Both the position numbers and the translations under genes were made by a program. A stretch of DNA of 64,000 nt from positions 320,001 to 384,000 of the forward strand of contig CAVVLJ010000021.1 of assembly GCA_963749075.1 (NCBI GenBank), in the 5' to 3' direction. Source of the DNA: an uncultured Pseudomonadota bacterium (GTDB lineage Bacteria > Pseudomonadota > Alphaproteobacteria > JACZXZ01). How positions within the stretch are numbered: the first letter of the stretch is position 1; every line of letters begins with the position of its first letter. The notes beneath the pieces are model-generated. The model saw only the letters and a list, made by a program, of their open reading frames with translations. It was not told the DNA's origin and did no database searches. Below are positions 19,175 to 30,041 of the stretch, piece after piece.

Positions 19175-20283
19175 CGGAGCCCGTGCAACCGCCTCTCGAG
19201 ACCGTCATCGAGTTCCGCGGCGTGAGCAAGCGCTTCGGCCAGGCCGTGGCGGTCGATCGCGTGAGCTTTGCCGTCGGCGCCGGCGAGACGGTCTCGCTCC
19301 TCGGACCCAGCGGCTGCGGCAAGACGACGACGCTGCGCCTGATCTCCGGCTTCGAGGAGCCGGACGAGGGCGTCATCGAGATCGCCGGCGACTCCATGGT
19401 CGGCAAGCGTCCCTACGAGCGCAACGTGGGGCTGCTCTTCCAGCACTACGCGCTCTTTCCCCACATGACCGTGGCCGAGAACATCGCCTATGGGCTGAAG
19501 CACCGCCGCTGGCCCAAGGCGGAGATCGGCAACCGCGTCGGCGAGATGCTGCGCCTCGTGCAATTGCAGGGCTTCGACGAGCGGCGGCCCGGCCAGCTGA
19601 GCGGCGGCCAGCAGCAGCGCGTGGCGCTCGCCCGGGTGCTTGCCACCCGGCCCAAGCTCGTGCTGCTCGACGAGCCGCTCTCGGCGCTCGACGCCAAGCT
19701 GCGCGAGGAGCTGCGCGTCGAGCTGAAGCAGATACTCGCCGCCGTCGGCTCGACGACGATCGTCGTCACCCATGACCAGGACGAGGCGATGAGCCTGGCC
19801 GACCGCATCATCGTGATGAACCGCGGCCGCATCGAGCAGCAGGGCACGCCCGACGAGATCTACGCGCAGCCCCAGACCCCTTTCGTGGCCGCCTTCATCG
19901 GCCGCGCCAACTGGTTCCACGGCCGCATCGCGGGTGCCGCCGGCGAGGGATTATGCCGGCTCGCCACCGCTGCCGGCACGCTGCTCGCGATCCCCGATCC
20001 CGGTGCTGCCGCCGGGGAGAGCTGGAGCGCCTGCGTCCGGCCTGAGCGCGTCGTCGTGGCAGCACCCGGCGCCGCCGCCGGCCCCGGCGGCAACCGGCTC
20101 GCCGGCCAGGTGGTCGATGTCGTCAATATGGGTGCGGCACTCCATTACATCGTCGAGGGTGCGGAGGGCCGCCTCATGGCCATCGAGCCGAACCGCGCCG
20201 GGCCGCGGGTGCGGCGGGGCGACCGCGTCGAGCTCCTGTTCCGCGCCGAGGATTGCGTGGTGTTGCCGCGAAAGGCCGATTGA
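19171..20283 (+). CDS. ABC transporter ATP-binding protein (PotA-like, TOBE domain)
   Basis: GPSGCGKTT, LSGGQQQRVALAR, LLDEP, VTHDQDEA. Confidence 0.93.
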   Translation: MTEPVQPPLETVIEFRGVSKRFGQAVAVDRVSFAVGAGETVSLLGPSGCGKTTTLRLISGFEEPDEGVIEIAGDSMVGKRPYERNVGLLFQHYALFPHMTVAENIAYGLKHRRWPKAEIGNRVGEMLRLVQLQGFDERRPGQLSGGQQQRVALARVLATRPKLVLLDEPLSALDAKLREELRVELKQILAAVGSTTIVVTHDQDEAMSLADRIIVMNRGRIEQQGTPDEIYAQPQTPFVAAFIGRANWFHGRIAGAAGEGLCRLATAAGTLLAIPDPGAAAGESWSACVRPERVVVAAPGAAAGPGGNRLAGQVVDVVNMGAALHYIVEGAEGRLMAIEPNRAGPRVRRGDRVELLFRAEDCVVLPRKAD

Positions 20284-20457
20284 GCCGCTGAGCTGCCGTG
20301 GGGGGTGGCCGGGCGAGCCTTGCCCCCTGCGCGGCTCAGCCATGGTTGCCGAAGGGGTTCACCCTCCCCATCTTTCATGGAACAATCGCGGTCCGAATCC
20401 TGCCGCAAGGCTCGGCCACTCCGCGCGAGCCGCCTGCATTGGCCACAAGAGGGGCTC

Positions 20458-21555
20458 GTGACGCCCGCTGTCGCTGCTGCCAAACCGCGCCCTCCGGCGC
20501 AGCAAACCATGCGCACGGCGCTCGCGGCCTGCCGGGCTCAGACCCTCGCGCGCGTGGCCGGGCTCGACGACGCCGCCTTGCGCGCCCAGCCCGATCCCGA
20601 GTTCAGCCCGCTCGGCTGGCATCTCGGCCACATCGCCTATACGGAGGCCCTGTGGCTGGCGCCCGGCGCCGATCCCCATCCCGAATGGCAGACGCTCTTC
20701 CGCCAGGACGGCTTGCCCAAGGCGGCGCGCCGCCGGCTGCCGCCGCGCGCAGCGCTCGAGGCCTATCTTGCTGCGGTGCGGGAGCTCGTGCTGGCGCGTC
20801 TGGAGACCGAGCCCGACGGCGGCAGCCTGCGGCTCTGGCGCTTCGTCCTCCAGCACGAGGCCCAGCATGCCGAGACCATCGCCGTGGTGCGGCGTTTGGC
20901 CGGCCTCGACGAGCGGGCGGCGCCCTCTCTCGCGGCGGCCGGCGACGAGACGCTTCTCGAGATTCCGGCCGGGAGCTTCCACCAGGGCTCCGACGGAGCC
21001 GAGGCGCTCGACAACGAGGGGCCCGCCCATGAGGTGGCGCTGGCGGGGTTCGGTATCTCGCGGCGGCCCGTGAGCGAGCGGCAGTACGGCCGTTTCATGG
21101 CGGCGGGCGGCTATGGCGACGCCCGCTTCTGGTCGAAGGAGGGCTGGGCCTGGCGCTGCGCCGGCGGTTTCGAGCGTCCGCGCCATTGGCAGGGCGGTGC
21201 GGGGACGCTGCCAGTCCACGGCATCAGCGCCTACGAGGCCGAGGCCTGGTGCCGCTTTTCGGACGTGCGCCTGCCGAGCGAGGCCGAATGGGAGCGCGCA
21301 GCCCGGCTCCATCCCGAGTGCGGCTTCCTCGGCGAGGTGTGGCAATGGACGGCGACCGTCTTCGCACCTTACGCGGGCTTCGCGGCCTTCCCCTACGAGG
21401 GCTATTCCGCCGCCTATTTCGACGGGAGGCACCGCCTCCTCAAGGGTGGCAGCTGGGCGGCGCTGGCGCCCGTGCTGCGCGCCAGCTTCCGCAACTGGTA
21501 TCCGCCCGGGACACGACAGATTTTCGCAGGATTCCGCCATGCCGCCACGCTCTGA
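20458..21555 (+). CDS. egtB: Ergothioneine sulfoxide synthase EgtB-like (DinB_2 + FGE-sulfatase), start uncertain
   Basis: FSPLGWHLGH, iron ligands QHEAQH, RLPSEAEWERAA, FPYEGYS, RASFRNWY; overlaps egtD. Confidence 0.8.
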   Translation: MTPAVAAAKPRPPAQQTMRTALAACRAQTLARVAGLDDAALRAQPDPEFSPLGWHLGHIAYTEALWLAPGADPHPEWQTLFRQDGLPKAARRRLPPRAALEAYLAAVRELVLARLETEPDGGSLRLWRFVLQHEAQHAETIAVVRRLAGLDERAAPSLAAAGDETLLEIPAGSFHQGSDGAEALDNEGPAHEVALAGFGISRRPVSERQYGRFMAAGGYGDARFWSKEGWAWRCAGGFERPRHWQGGAGTLPVHGISAYEAEAWCRFSDVRLPSEAEWERAARLHPECGFLGEVWQWTATVFAPYAGFAAFPYEGYSAAYFDGRHRLLKGGSWAALAPVLRASFRNWYPPGTRQIFAGFRHAATL

Positions 21556-22573
21556 GCCGCTTCCCCTCGCCCCCTACGCGCGCTCGCGCGAGCGCCTCGC
21601 CTGGACCGTGCTGGCGCCCGAGGGCGACGCCGCGGCCGACGGCGTCGAGATCCGCCGCGGCCTTGCCGCCTCACCCAAGCGCCTGCCCTGCCGCTTCTTC
21701 TACGACGAGCTCGGCTCGCAGCTCTTCGAGCGCATCTGCCGCCTGCCGGAGTATTATCTCACGCGCACCGAGAACGCGCTTCTGGCAAGGGTGGCGCGCG
21801 ACATCGCGTCGCGCACCGGCCCTTGCGAGCTCGTCGAGCTCGGCAGCGGCAGCTCGCTCAAGACGCAGCATCTCCTCGACGCCTATGCAACGCTCGGCTC
21901 GACACTCCGCTACGCCGCCATCGACGTGAGCCCGACAAGCCTCGAGCACGGCGCCGCCCAGCTCCTCGCGCGCTATGGCGGCCTTGCGGTCCATGCCATC
22001 GTCGGCACCTACGAGTCCGGACTTGCCGCCCTTGCCGGCGTGCGCGCGGCCGAGGTGCCCTTGCCCCGCCTCCTCGTCTTCCTCGGCAGCACGATCGGCA
22101 ACCTCACGGAGGCGGAGACCCGGCAGTTCCTCGGCAATGCGCGCGCCGCCCTCACCCCCGGCGACTGGCTCCTCGTGGGCACCGACCTCGAGAAGGAGAC
22201 AGCGCTCATCGAGGCCGCCTACAACGACAAAGAGGGCGTCACCGCGGCCTTCAACCTCAACATCCTGCGCCACGTCAACCGCCGCTTCCGCGCCGATTTC
22301 GCCCTCGACCGCTTCGCCCACCGCGCCTTCTACAATCGCGAGGCGCGGCAGATCGAGATGCACCTGGTCAGCCTGGCCGAGCAGGAGGTGCGCATCGCAG
22401 CACTCGGCCTCTCGGTGCGGCTGAGCTACGGCGAGACCATCGAAACGGAGATCTCGCGCAAGTTCGAGCTCGCCTCGTTCGCCCGCGTGCTCGAGACTTG
22501 CGGCTTCGCGGCGGTGGCGGCGCCGACGGACGAGCGCCGCTGGTTCGGCCTCACGCTGGCGCGGGCGGTCTGA
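21539..22573 (+). CDS. egtD: L-histidine N-alpha-methyltransferase EgtD
   Basis: FFYDELGSQLFERICRLPEYYLTRTE, ELGSGSS, FLGSTIGN, AYND.EGVTAAFN, ETEISRKF. Confidence 0.95.
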   Translation: MPPRSEPLPLAPYARSRERLAWTVLAPEGDAAADGVEIRRGLAASPKRLPCRFFYDELGSQLFERICRLPEYYLTRTENALLARVARDIASRTGPCELVELGSGSSLKTQHLLDAYATLGSTLRYAAIDVSPTSLEHGAAQLLARYGGLAVHAIVGTYESGLAALAGVRAAEVPLPRLLVFLGSTIGNLTEAETRQFLGNARAALTPGDWLLVGTDLEKETALIEAAYNDKEGVTAAFNLNILRHVNRRFRADFALDRFAHRAFYNREARQIEMHLVSLAEQEVRIAALGLSVRLSYGETIETEISRKFELASFARVLETCGFAAVAAPTDERRWFGLTLARAV

Positions 22574-22590
22574 GAGGGATATCCCGGTTT

Positions 22591-22679
22591 TCGTCATGCC
22601 CGCGAAAGCGGGCATCCAGTCCTCACGACAACGTCCGTCGTTCGCAATCTCTGGACACCCGCTTTCGCGGGTGTGACGA
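22591..22679. repeat. GTCA-type REP doublet (inverted pair)
   Basis: TCGTCATGCCCGCGAAAGCGGGCATCCAG ... CTGGACACCCGCTTTCGCGGGTGTGACGA, intergenic. Confidence 0.88.
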
Positions 22680-22737
22680 TGATGGGAAAGGGCGCGCGGC
22701 ACTCGGCGCGTTCCAAGAAGACCAATGGGAGGAGAAA

Positions 22738-23493
22738 ATGCGCCTCAAGGATAAGGTCGCCATCGTGACCGGGGCGGGCTCGGGCTTCGGCGAGGGCATC
22801 GCGCGCCGCTTCGCCGCCGAAGGTGCGATGGTGGTGGTTGCCGACATCAACGACCAGACCGGCCGCCGAGTGGCGGACGCGATCGCGCAAGCGGGCGGCG
22901 AGGCGGACTACGTCCATGCCGACGTGTCGGTGGGGCGCGAGGTGGCGGCACTTGCGGCGGCGGCAGCCGAGCGCTTCGGCGGTCTCGACATCGTGGTCAA
23001 CAATGCCGGCATGCCGCAGCGGAACGGCCCCATGCTCGGCGTCGACGAGGCGACCTTCGACCGCATCTTCGCCGTCAACGTGAAGAGCATCTATCTCTCG
23101 GCCCTCCACACCGTGCCGGCGCTGGTACGCCGCGGCGGCGGCGTCATCATCAATACGGCCTCGACCGCGGGCCTCAGGCCCCGTCCGGGCCTCGTCTGGT
23201 ACAACGGCAGCAAGGGCGCGGTCATCAGCCTCACCAAGGCGATGGCCATCGAGCTGGCACCGCAGAAGATCCGCGTCAACGCCCTCTGCCCGGTCGCCGG
23301 CGACACCCCCATGCTCGCCCAATTCATGGGCGGCGACACGCCAGAGAACCGCGCGCGCTTCATCGCCTCGGTGCCGCTCGGCCGCCTCAGCACGCCGGCC
23401 GACCTCGCCAACGCCGCCCTCTACCTCGCCTCGGACGAGGGCGCCTTCCTGACTGGCGTGGCGCTCGAGATCGACGGCGGGCGCTGCATCTGA
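22738..23493 (+). CDS. Short-chain dehydrogenase/reductase (FabG-like)
   Basis: TGAGSGFG, NNAG, YNGSK, IRVNALCP; GGAGGAG RBS. Confidence 0.92.
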   Translation: MRLKDKVAIVTGAGSGFGEGIARRFAAEGAMVVVADINDQTGRRVADAIAQAGGEADYVHADVSVGREVAALAAAAAERFGGLDIVVNNAGMPQRNGPMLGVDEATFDRIFAVNVKSIYLSALHTVPALVRRGGGVIINTASTAGLRPRPGLVWYNGSKGAVISLTKAMAIELAPQKIRVNALCPVAGDTPMLAQFMGGDTPENRARFIASVPLGRLSTPADLANAALYLASDEGAFLTGVALEIDGGRCI

Positions 23494-23529
23494 GCGCTGC
23501 CGCCGGCCGCTCCGGGGCGCCCGAACGCC

Positions 23530-23560
23530 AACGGCCCGGACCTTGCGGTCCGGGCCGTTT
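23530..23560. terminator. Probable bidirectional intrinsic terminator
   Basis: Perfect 13-bp stem AACGGCCCGGACC-ttgc-GGTCCGGGCCGTT between convergent genes. Confidence 0.7.
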
Positions 23561-23584
23561 GCCGTGAGCGACGCCGGCCGCAGC

Positions 23585-24304
23585 CTAATTGCGTCTGCCG
23601 AAGAGCTGCAGCAGGAAGAGGAAGAGGTTGAGGAAGTCGAGGTAGAGGCGGAGCGCCCCCATGACCGACTTGCGCGTCGCGGTGCTCGCGTCGTCGCTCG
23701 CGGTATAGAGTTCCTTGATCGACTGGGTGTCGTAGGCGGTGAGCCCCGCGAACACCAGCACGCCGATCACCGAGATGGCGAACTGCAGCCCCGTGCTGTG
23801 GAGGAACATGTTGACGATCATCGCGAGGAAGACGCCGATGACCCCGACGATGAGGAACGAGGCATAGGCCGAGAGGTCGCGCCGCGTGGTGTAGCCGTAG
23901 AGGCTGAGCCCGGCGAAGGAGCCCGCGGTGATGAAGAACACCTCCGCGATGCTGGCACTCGTATAGATCACGAAGATCGCCGCGAGCGACAGCCCCATGA
24001 GCCCGGCGTAGAACCAGAAGAGGGCCTGGGCGGTCGAGGCCTGCATGCGCGTGATGCGGGCACTCAGGAAGAACACCAGCCCGAGCGGGGCGAAGATCAC
24101 CAGCCAATAGAGCGGCGTGCCGAAGATCGCGTGCATGGCCGCCGGCGATTGGGACACCAGATAGGCGACGATGCCCGTGAGCGCCAGGCCCGAGGCCATG
24201 TAATTGTAGACGCGGAGCATGTAGCTCCGTAGACCCTCGTCGATCTCCGCGCGGTCGACCGTCCGCGGAATGACGCGGCCCTGCTCGCGAATATCCATGG
24301 TCAA
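23585..24304 (-). CDS. Bax inhibitor-1/YccA family membrane protein
   Basis: IDEGLRSYMLRVYNYM, YGYTTRRDLS, TAYDTQ.IK, GALRLYLDFLNLF. Confidence 0.93.
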   Translation of the reverse strand: MTMDIREQGRVIPRTVDRAEIDEGLRSYMLRVYNYMASGLALTGIVAYLVSQSPAAMHAIFGTPLYWLVIFAPLGLVFFLSARITRMQASTAQALFWFYAGLMGLSLAAIFVIYTSASIAEVFFITAGSFAGLSLYGYTTRRDLSAYASFLIVGVIGVFLAMIVNMFLHSTGLQFAISVIGVLVFAGLTAYDTQSIKELYTASDDASTATRKSVMGALRLYLDFLNLFLFLLQLFGRRN

Positions 24305-24438
24305 ACCCTCGTTCGAAATGGCTCTGGGTACACTCCCAGCACGCTATTTTGGGCGTCCGCCCGAGGAAATCAACTCCCTTCTTTCGAGAATCGTTACAGA
24401 TCAGTGACTTGCCGCGAGAGCGCCGGAAAGCGGACCGC

Positions 24439-26996
24439 TCACTCGTTGCGCAGGTAGGGTGCCGGGCGCTCGCCGAGGGCGCGCCAGGTGCCGGCGAAGC
24501 CGAGGACGAGGGCGAGCAGCGTCGCGGCGAGGGCCGTGCCGGCGACGGTGCCGGGAAGAAAGCTCCAGGCGGCCCCCATGATGCGCGTGACCACGAGATA
24601 GCCGGCGAGCGTGCCGAGCGCTGCCGCAAGTGCCGCCGCCGCGGCGCCAAGCGTGCCGTACTCGATGAGGAAGGTGGCGAGGAGCCTCGTCCGCGTGGCG
24701 CCCAGCACCTTGAGCACGACGGCGTCGTAGGTGCGGCGCTCGCGCTCGGCGGCGAGTGCCCCCGCCAGCACCAGCGTGCCGACGAGGAGCGTGAAGAGTG
24801 CCGTGAGCCGCACGGCGGCGGCGAGGTTGCCGAGCGTCGCCGCCACCGTATCGAGCGCGTCCTTGACGCGGATGGCGCTCACGTTGGCGAAGCGGTCGGT
24901 GACGGCGCGGACGAGCGCCTCCTCCGCCGCGGGCACGGCCTTCACCGTCGCGATGAAGGTCTGGGGCGCGCCGTTGAGCAGGCCCGGCGAGAACACCATG
25001 AAGAAGTTGATGGCGAGGCTGGACCAGTCGATCTCGCGCAAGTTGGCGATGCGCGCCGTCACCTCGCGGCCCAGCACGTTGACCGCGAGCGTGTCGCCGA
25101 GCTTGAGCCCGAAATCCTTCGCCACCTCGGCATCGAGCGAGACGAGCGGCAGGCCGGCATAGCCGGCCGGCCACCAGCTCCCCGCCACGATGCGCGTGCC
25201 TGGCGGCGGGCTTGCCGCATAGGTGAGGCCGCGGTCGCTCTCCAGCACCCAGGCCGAGCGCTGGTCGATGCGAGCGCGCTCGGGGGCGACGCCGTTCAAT
25301 GCGGTGATGCGGCCGCGCAGGCTCGGCACCTGCTCGAGGCCGCTCGTTCCCGCGACCCCGCGCACGGCATCGTCGAAGCCCTTGAGCTGGTCGGGCTGGA
25401 TGTCGATGAAGAAGTAGCTCGGGGCATTTTTGGGCAGCGTCTCGCTCACCTCGCGCGCGATGTTGCCCTCGACGAGGCCGACGGCGATGAAGAGCGTGAG
25501 GCCGAGGCCGAGCGCCAGCACGACGCTCGCCGTAGGCGCTGCGGGGCGGTGCAGATTGGCGAGCGCCAGGCGCAGGCTCGGCCGCTTGCGCACCACGGGC
25601 GGCAAGCGGCCGACGGCGCGCGCCAGCGCCGCGATCAGCCAGCCCGCCAGGCGGAAGGCGGCAAGCGTCAGTGCCGCTCCGGCCACGAACCACAGCGCCA
25701 TGCTCTTCTCTCCAGCGGAGAGGATGGCGAGTGCGGCGAGCGCGCTCGCCGCGAGGAGCACCGCGAGCGCGTCGGCGCGCCGCGGCCAGCGCCGGAGCGG
25801 CGCCACCAGCTTGCGGAAGAGATGCGCCGCCGGCACGTCGCGCGCCACGGCGAGCGGCCAGAGGGTGAAGGCGAGCGTGGTGAGGAGGCCGTAGGCCGCG
25901 GCGAGGAGGAGCGGGCCGGGATAGAGCCCGAGGCGCAGCTCGACCGGGAGGAGCGGGGCGAGCGCGCCCCTCAAGAGGGCGGGTGCCAAGGCGCCGAGCG
26001 CCAGCCCGCCCGCGATGCCGGCGAGCGCCAAGGCGAGCGTCTCGGCGAGATAGATCTGGAAGACGAGACGCCCCGGTGCGCCGAGGCATTTGAGGATGGC
26101 AATGGTGTCGGCGCTGCCGTCGAGATAGGCCTTGACCGCATTGGCCACGCCGAGGCCGCCCACGAGGAGTGCGGTGAGCCCGACGAGGGTGAGATAGAGG
26201 GCGATGCGGTCGAGGAACTGCTCGAGGCGCGGCGTCGCGTCGTAGAGGCTGCGCGCGCGCCAGCCCGCGTCGGGGAACTGCCGTGCGAGCCCGGCGAGCC
26301 AGCTCCGCGCGCCGCGCCCCGGCGGCAGCTTGAGGCGGTAGTTGTAATAGACGATGCTGCCGGGCTGGACGAGCCCGGTAGCATCCAGGCCTGCGCGCGA
26401 GATCATGAGGCGCGGGCCCAGGATGAAGACGGCGACGCCGCGGTCGGGCTCGTGCAGAATCGCGGCACGCAGCTCGAAGGTCGCTTGGCCCAGCTTGATG
26501 CGCTCGCCGAGCTTGAGCCCGAGCCTCTGCAGCACGTCGGCGTCGGCCACGGCGCCGAAGACGCCACCGCGCTCGGCGAAGGCCGCCTCTGGCGCGAGCG
26601 ACGGGCCGAGGGCAAGGGTGCCATAGAGCGGGTAGCGCCCGTCGACCGCCTTGAGCTCGACGAGGAGGCGCTTGCCGGTACCCTCGCCCTCCGCGGCGGC
26701 GCGCGTCATGGCGCGCAGATTGGCGCTCCACGAGACGGTACCCGCCGCAGCAAATGCGCCGTATTCCGCCGTGCTCGCCTCGCGGTGGGTGAGCGTCAAG
26801 GCGGCATCGCCGCCGAGGAGCGCCCGCGCATCGCCCTTGAGCGCCGCGTCGACCGAGGCCGAGAGCGAGCCCACCGCGGCGATCGCCCCTACGCCGAGCG
26901 CCAAGGAGGCGAGAAAGACCCAGAACCCCCGCGGGCCCCGGCGAAGCTCGCGCCGTGCCAGGCGGCAGGCGAGTGCGAGGCCCGCGGCCTTGCCGC

Positions 26997-27000
<4 letters not shown>
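24439..27000 (-). CDS. ybbP: FtsX-like ABC permease YbbP
   Basis: 853 aa; ARRELR, ELKAVDGRYPLYG, APSYFFIDIQPDQ, REIDWSSLAINFF. Confidence 0.9.
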
Positions 27001-27738
<738 letters not shown>

Positions 27739-27740
<2 letters not shown>

Positions 27741-28467
27741 GCTGGGCTTGGCGCTCTGGGCCAGGGGCGGGAAGAGGTGCGGCGCGCGCGAAGGCGGCGC
27801 TCGCCCGAAGGACGCTCCCGGCGGATATGTACCTCTGCGCGCGCTTTTCAACCTGCTCGGCGCCGCCGCCATCCTCGCTGCGGCCATTGTCGCGGCACTG
27901 CCGGCCGCAGGCAAGGAGCCCGTGCGCATCCTCATGCTGGGCGACAGCATCACCGCGGGCTACGGCCTGCCCGAGGCGGAGAGCCTGCCGGTGGTCCTCG
28001 AGGCGGCACTGCGCAAGGCGGGCTACGACGTGAGGGTGACGAACGGCGGCGTCTCGGGCGACACCACGGCGGGCGGCCTCGCGCGGCTCGACTGGATGCT
28101 CGCGAGCAAGCCCCAGCTCGTCATCGTCGAGCTCGGCGCCAACGACGCCTTGCGCGCGCTGCCGCCCGCGGAGAGCTACGCCAACCTCGACAAGATCCTC
28201 TCGACGCTCGACGGCGCCGGGCTCAAGGTGCTGCTCGCCGGCATGCTCGCCCCGCCCAATCTCGGGAGCGAGTACGGGCACGCCTTCGCCGCCATCTACC
28301 CCGCACTCGCCAAGAAGCACGGCTGCCTTCTCTATCCCTTCCTCCTCGACGGCGTGGCCGCAGAGCCGGCGCTCACGCAAGCCGACGGCCTGCATCCCAA
28401 CGCCAACGGCGTTGTAGTCATCGCGGCCCGCCTGGCACCCTATGTGGAGCGGCTCCTGAAGCTTTGA
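27739..28467 (+). CDS. tesA: Arylesterase/acyl-CoA thioesterase I (SGNH), start uncertain
   Basis: GDSITAGYG, GVSGDTTAGG, ELGANDAL, DGLHPN. Confidence 0.88.
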
Positions 28468-28481
28468 CGGGATTCCGAGCG

Positions 28482-29124
28482 ATGAGCGAACCCACCCGGT
28501 CGTACGATGCCGAGGAGCTGCGGCGCATCTCGGAAGCGACGATCGCCTTTTACGACCGCTCGGCCGAGGCATACTGGGACGGCACCCGGGACCACGACGT
28601 CGGGCAGAACTACGCGGCACTCCTCGGTGCGATCGAAGGGGAGCCTCCCTTTGCCATCCTCGATCTCGGCTGCGGGCCCGGCCGGGACCTACGCTACTTC
28701 CGCTCGTTGGGCCACGACGCCGTGGGCCTGGACGGAGCGAAAGAGTTCGTTGCCATGGCGCGCGCCTATTCGAGTTGCGAGGTTCTCCACCAGAACTTCC
28801 TCGCCATGGACCTGCCGCAGAGCCGCTTCGACGGCATCTTTGCCAACGCTTCGCTATTCCACGTGCCGAGCCGGGAGTTGCCGCGGGTTTTGGCCGAGCT
28901 CCGCGCAACCTTGAAGCCGCGGGGCGTGCTTTTCTCCTCGAACCCACGAGGGAGCAACGAGGAAGGCTTGAGCGGCGGCCGCTATGGCTGCTTCCTCGCT
29001 CACGACGTTCTGGCGCAATTACGTCAGCGCCGCCGGCTTCTTAGAAGTGAGCCACTACTACCGCCCGCCCGGCCTGCCGCGCGAGAAGCAGCCCTGGCTC
29101 GCGACCGTTTGGCGCAAGGCTTAG
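28482..29124 (+). CDS. Class I SAM-dependent methyltransferase, +1 frameshift at ~29008
   Basis: ILDLGCGPGRD, FDGIFANASLFHVP. After removing one T the frame continues WRNYVSAAGF..HYYRPPGLPREKQPWLATVWRKA*. Span 643 = 3n+1. Confidence 0.82.
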
Positions 29125-29210
29125 CGGTTGCTGCGCGCGGGGCAAGGGGCAAGTCCGAGATCTTTGAGAGCGTGACTCGAAATGACTCGGTAATTTTCAA
29201 TGAGCCATTC

Positions 29211-29543
29211 GTCACCCCCGCTTTCGCGGTAGTAGATGCACACAAGTATGAAGATCGCTGCCCAATCATGACGTTGCGCTGTCGAAGCGGCGCCTCGGAC
29301 CGGCGGCTATGCGTCCTTCGAGACGCTCGCTGCGCTCGCTCCTCAGGATGAGGCTAAGTCTTTCTGCCACCCACGAAATCTCCTCGTCCTGAGGAGCGCC
29401 CCAAAGGGGCGCGTCTCGAAGGACCCGCGGCGGTACTGCAAGCCTCCGCAAGATGCGTGCATCAGCAAGCGCGAAAGCGGGGGTCCATCTTTGACGGCCG
29501 ATTCCAGACCAACTATGGATTCCCGCTTGCGCGGGAATGACGG
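29211..29543. repeat. Nested cluster of REP-like palindromes
   Basis: 15-bp perfect IR ACCCCCGCTTTCGCG (29214-28) / CGCGAAAGCGGGGGT (29470-84) encloses an inverted pair of GTCCTTCGAGACGC..CTCCTCAGGA repeats. Partner arm ATGGATTCCCGCTTGCGCGGGAATGACGG at 29515-29543. Confidence 0.85.
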
Positions 29544-29549
29544 CGGATG

Positions 29550-29595
29550 GCGGGTAATGCGTTGAAAATAGGGTATCGTATTTAATCCTCCGCAT
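29550..29595 (-). pseudogene. YafQ-like toxin 5' remnant
   Basis: ATG overlaps the dinJ 3' end; MRRIKYDTLFSTHY resembles YafQ N-termini (MRxIxYxxxFxxDY), then runs into REP sequence. Confidence 0.5.
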
Positions 29596-29845
29596 TCAGG
29601 TTCGCGAGCAACGCGTTGGCCCGGCCGGCCGTGACGAGTTCCCCCCGCCGTGCGGCCTTCATCGCCTCGATCGTGTCAGCGTTCGGAACGAGCGGCTCGA
29701 AGGGGAGCGCCTTTTCCGCCGCGATCCGCACCATCATGAGGCGAAAGGCATCGGACACGGTAAGCCCCATGGCCGCCAGCACGGCGGCGGCCTCGCGCTT
29801 GATGCGCTCGTCGATCCGCGCCCGCACGACAGAATTTGCCGCCAT
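29582..29845 (-). CDS. dinJ: RelB/DinJ family antitoxin
   Basis: VVRARIDERIK.EAAAVL..MGLTVSDAFR...LPFEPLVPN..TIEAM; GGAG RBS. Confidence 0.92.
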   Translation of the reverse strand: MAANSVVRARIDERIKREAAAVLAAMGLTVSDAFRLMMVRIAAEKALPFEPLVPNADTIEAMKAARRGELVTAGRANALLANLNAED

Positions 29846-29862
29846 GATGCGGTCTCCTTTGG

Positions 29863-29875
29863 GCTACAATGTAGC
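29863..29875. promoter_or_regulatory. Putative DinJ autoregulatory operator
   Basis: Palindrome GCTACA-A-TGTAGC 18 nt upstream of the dinJ start. Confidence 0.6.
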
Positions 29876-30041
29876 ACAAAAGCGAGCGGAGTCCAGAACG
29901 TGTCCAAAGCAAAATTTTCGCACGGATTTCAGAACATTGAGACGACGGACGTTTTCCCGTACAGATTCAGGAGATGTACCCGCGCTCTGCCTGGCGGCCG
30001 CATCGCGGAGCAAGGAGCGCAGGCACTCGACGAGGCACTCC

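Noticed and set aside
29266-29595. 109-aa ORF as an intact toxin
   Set aside because: Beyond ~14 codons it is translated REP sequence (VIPAQAGIH, LILRSERSERLEG).
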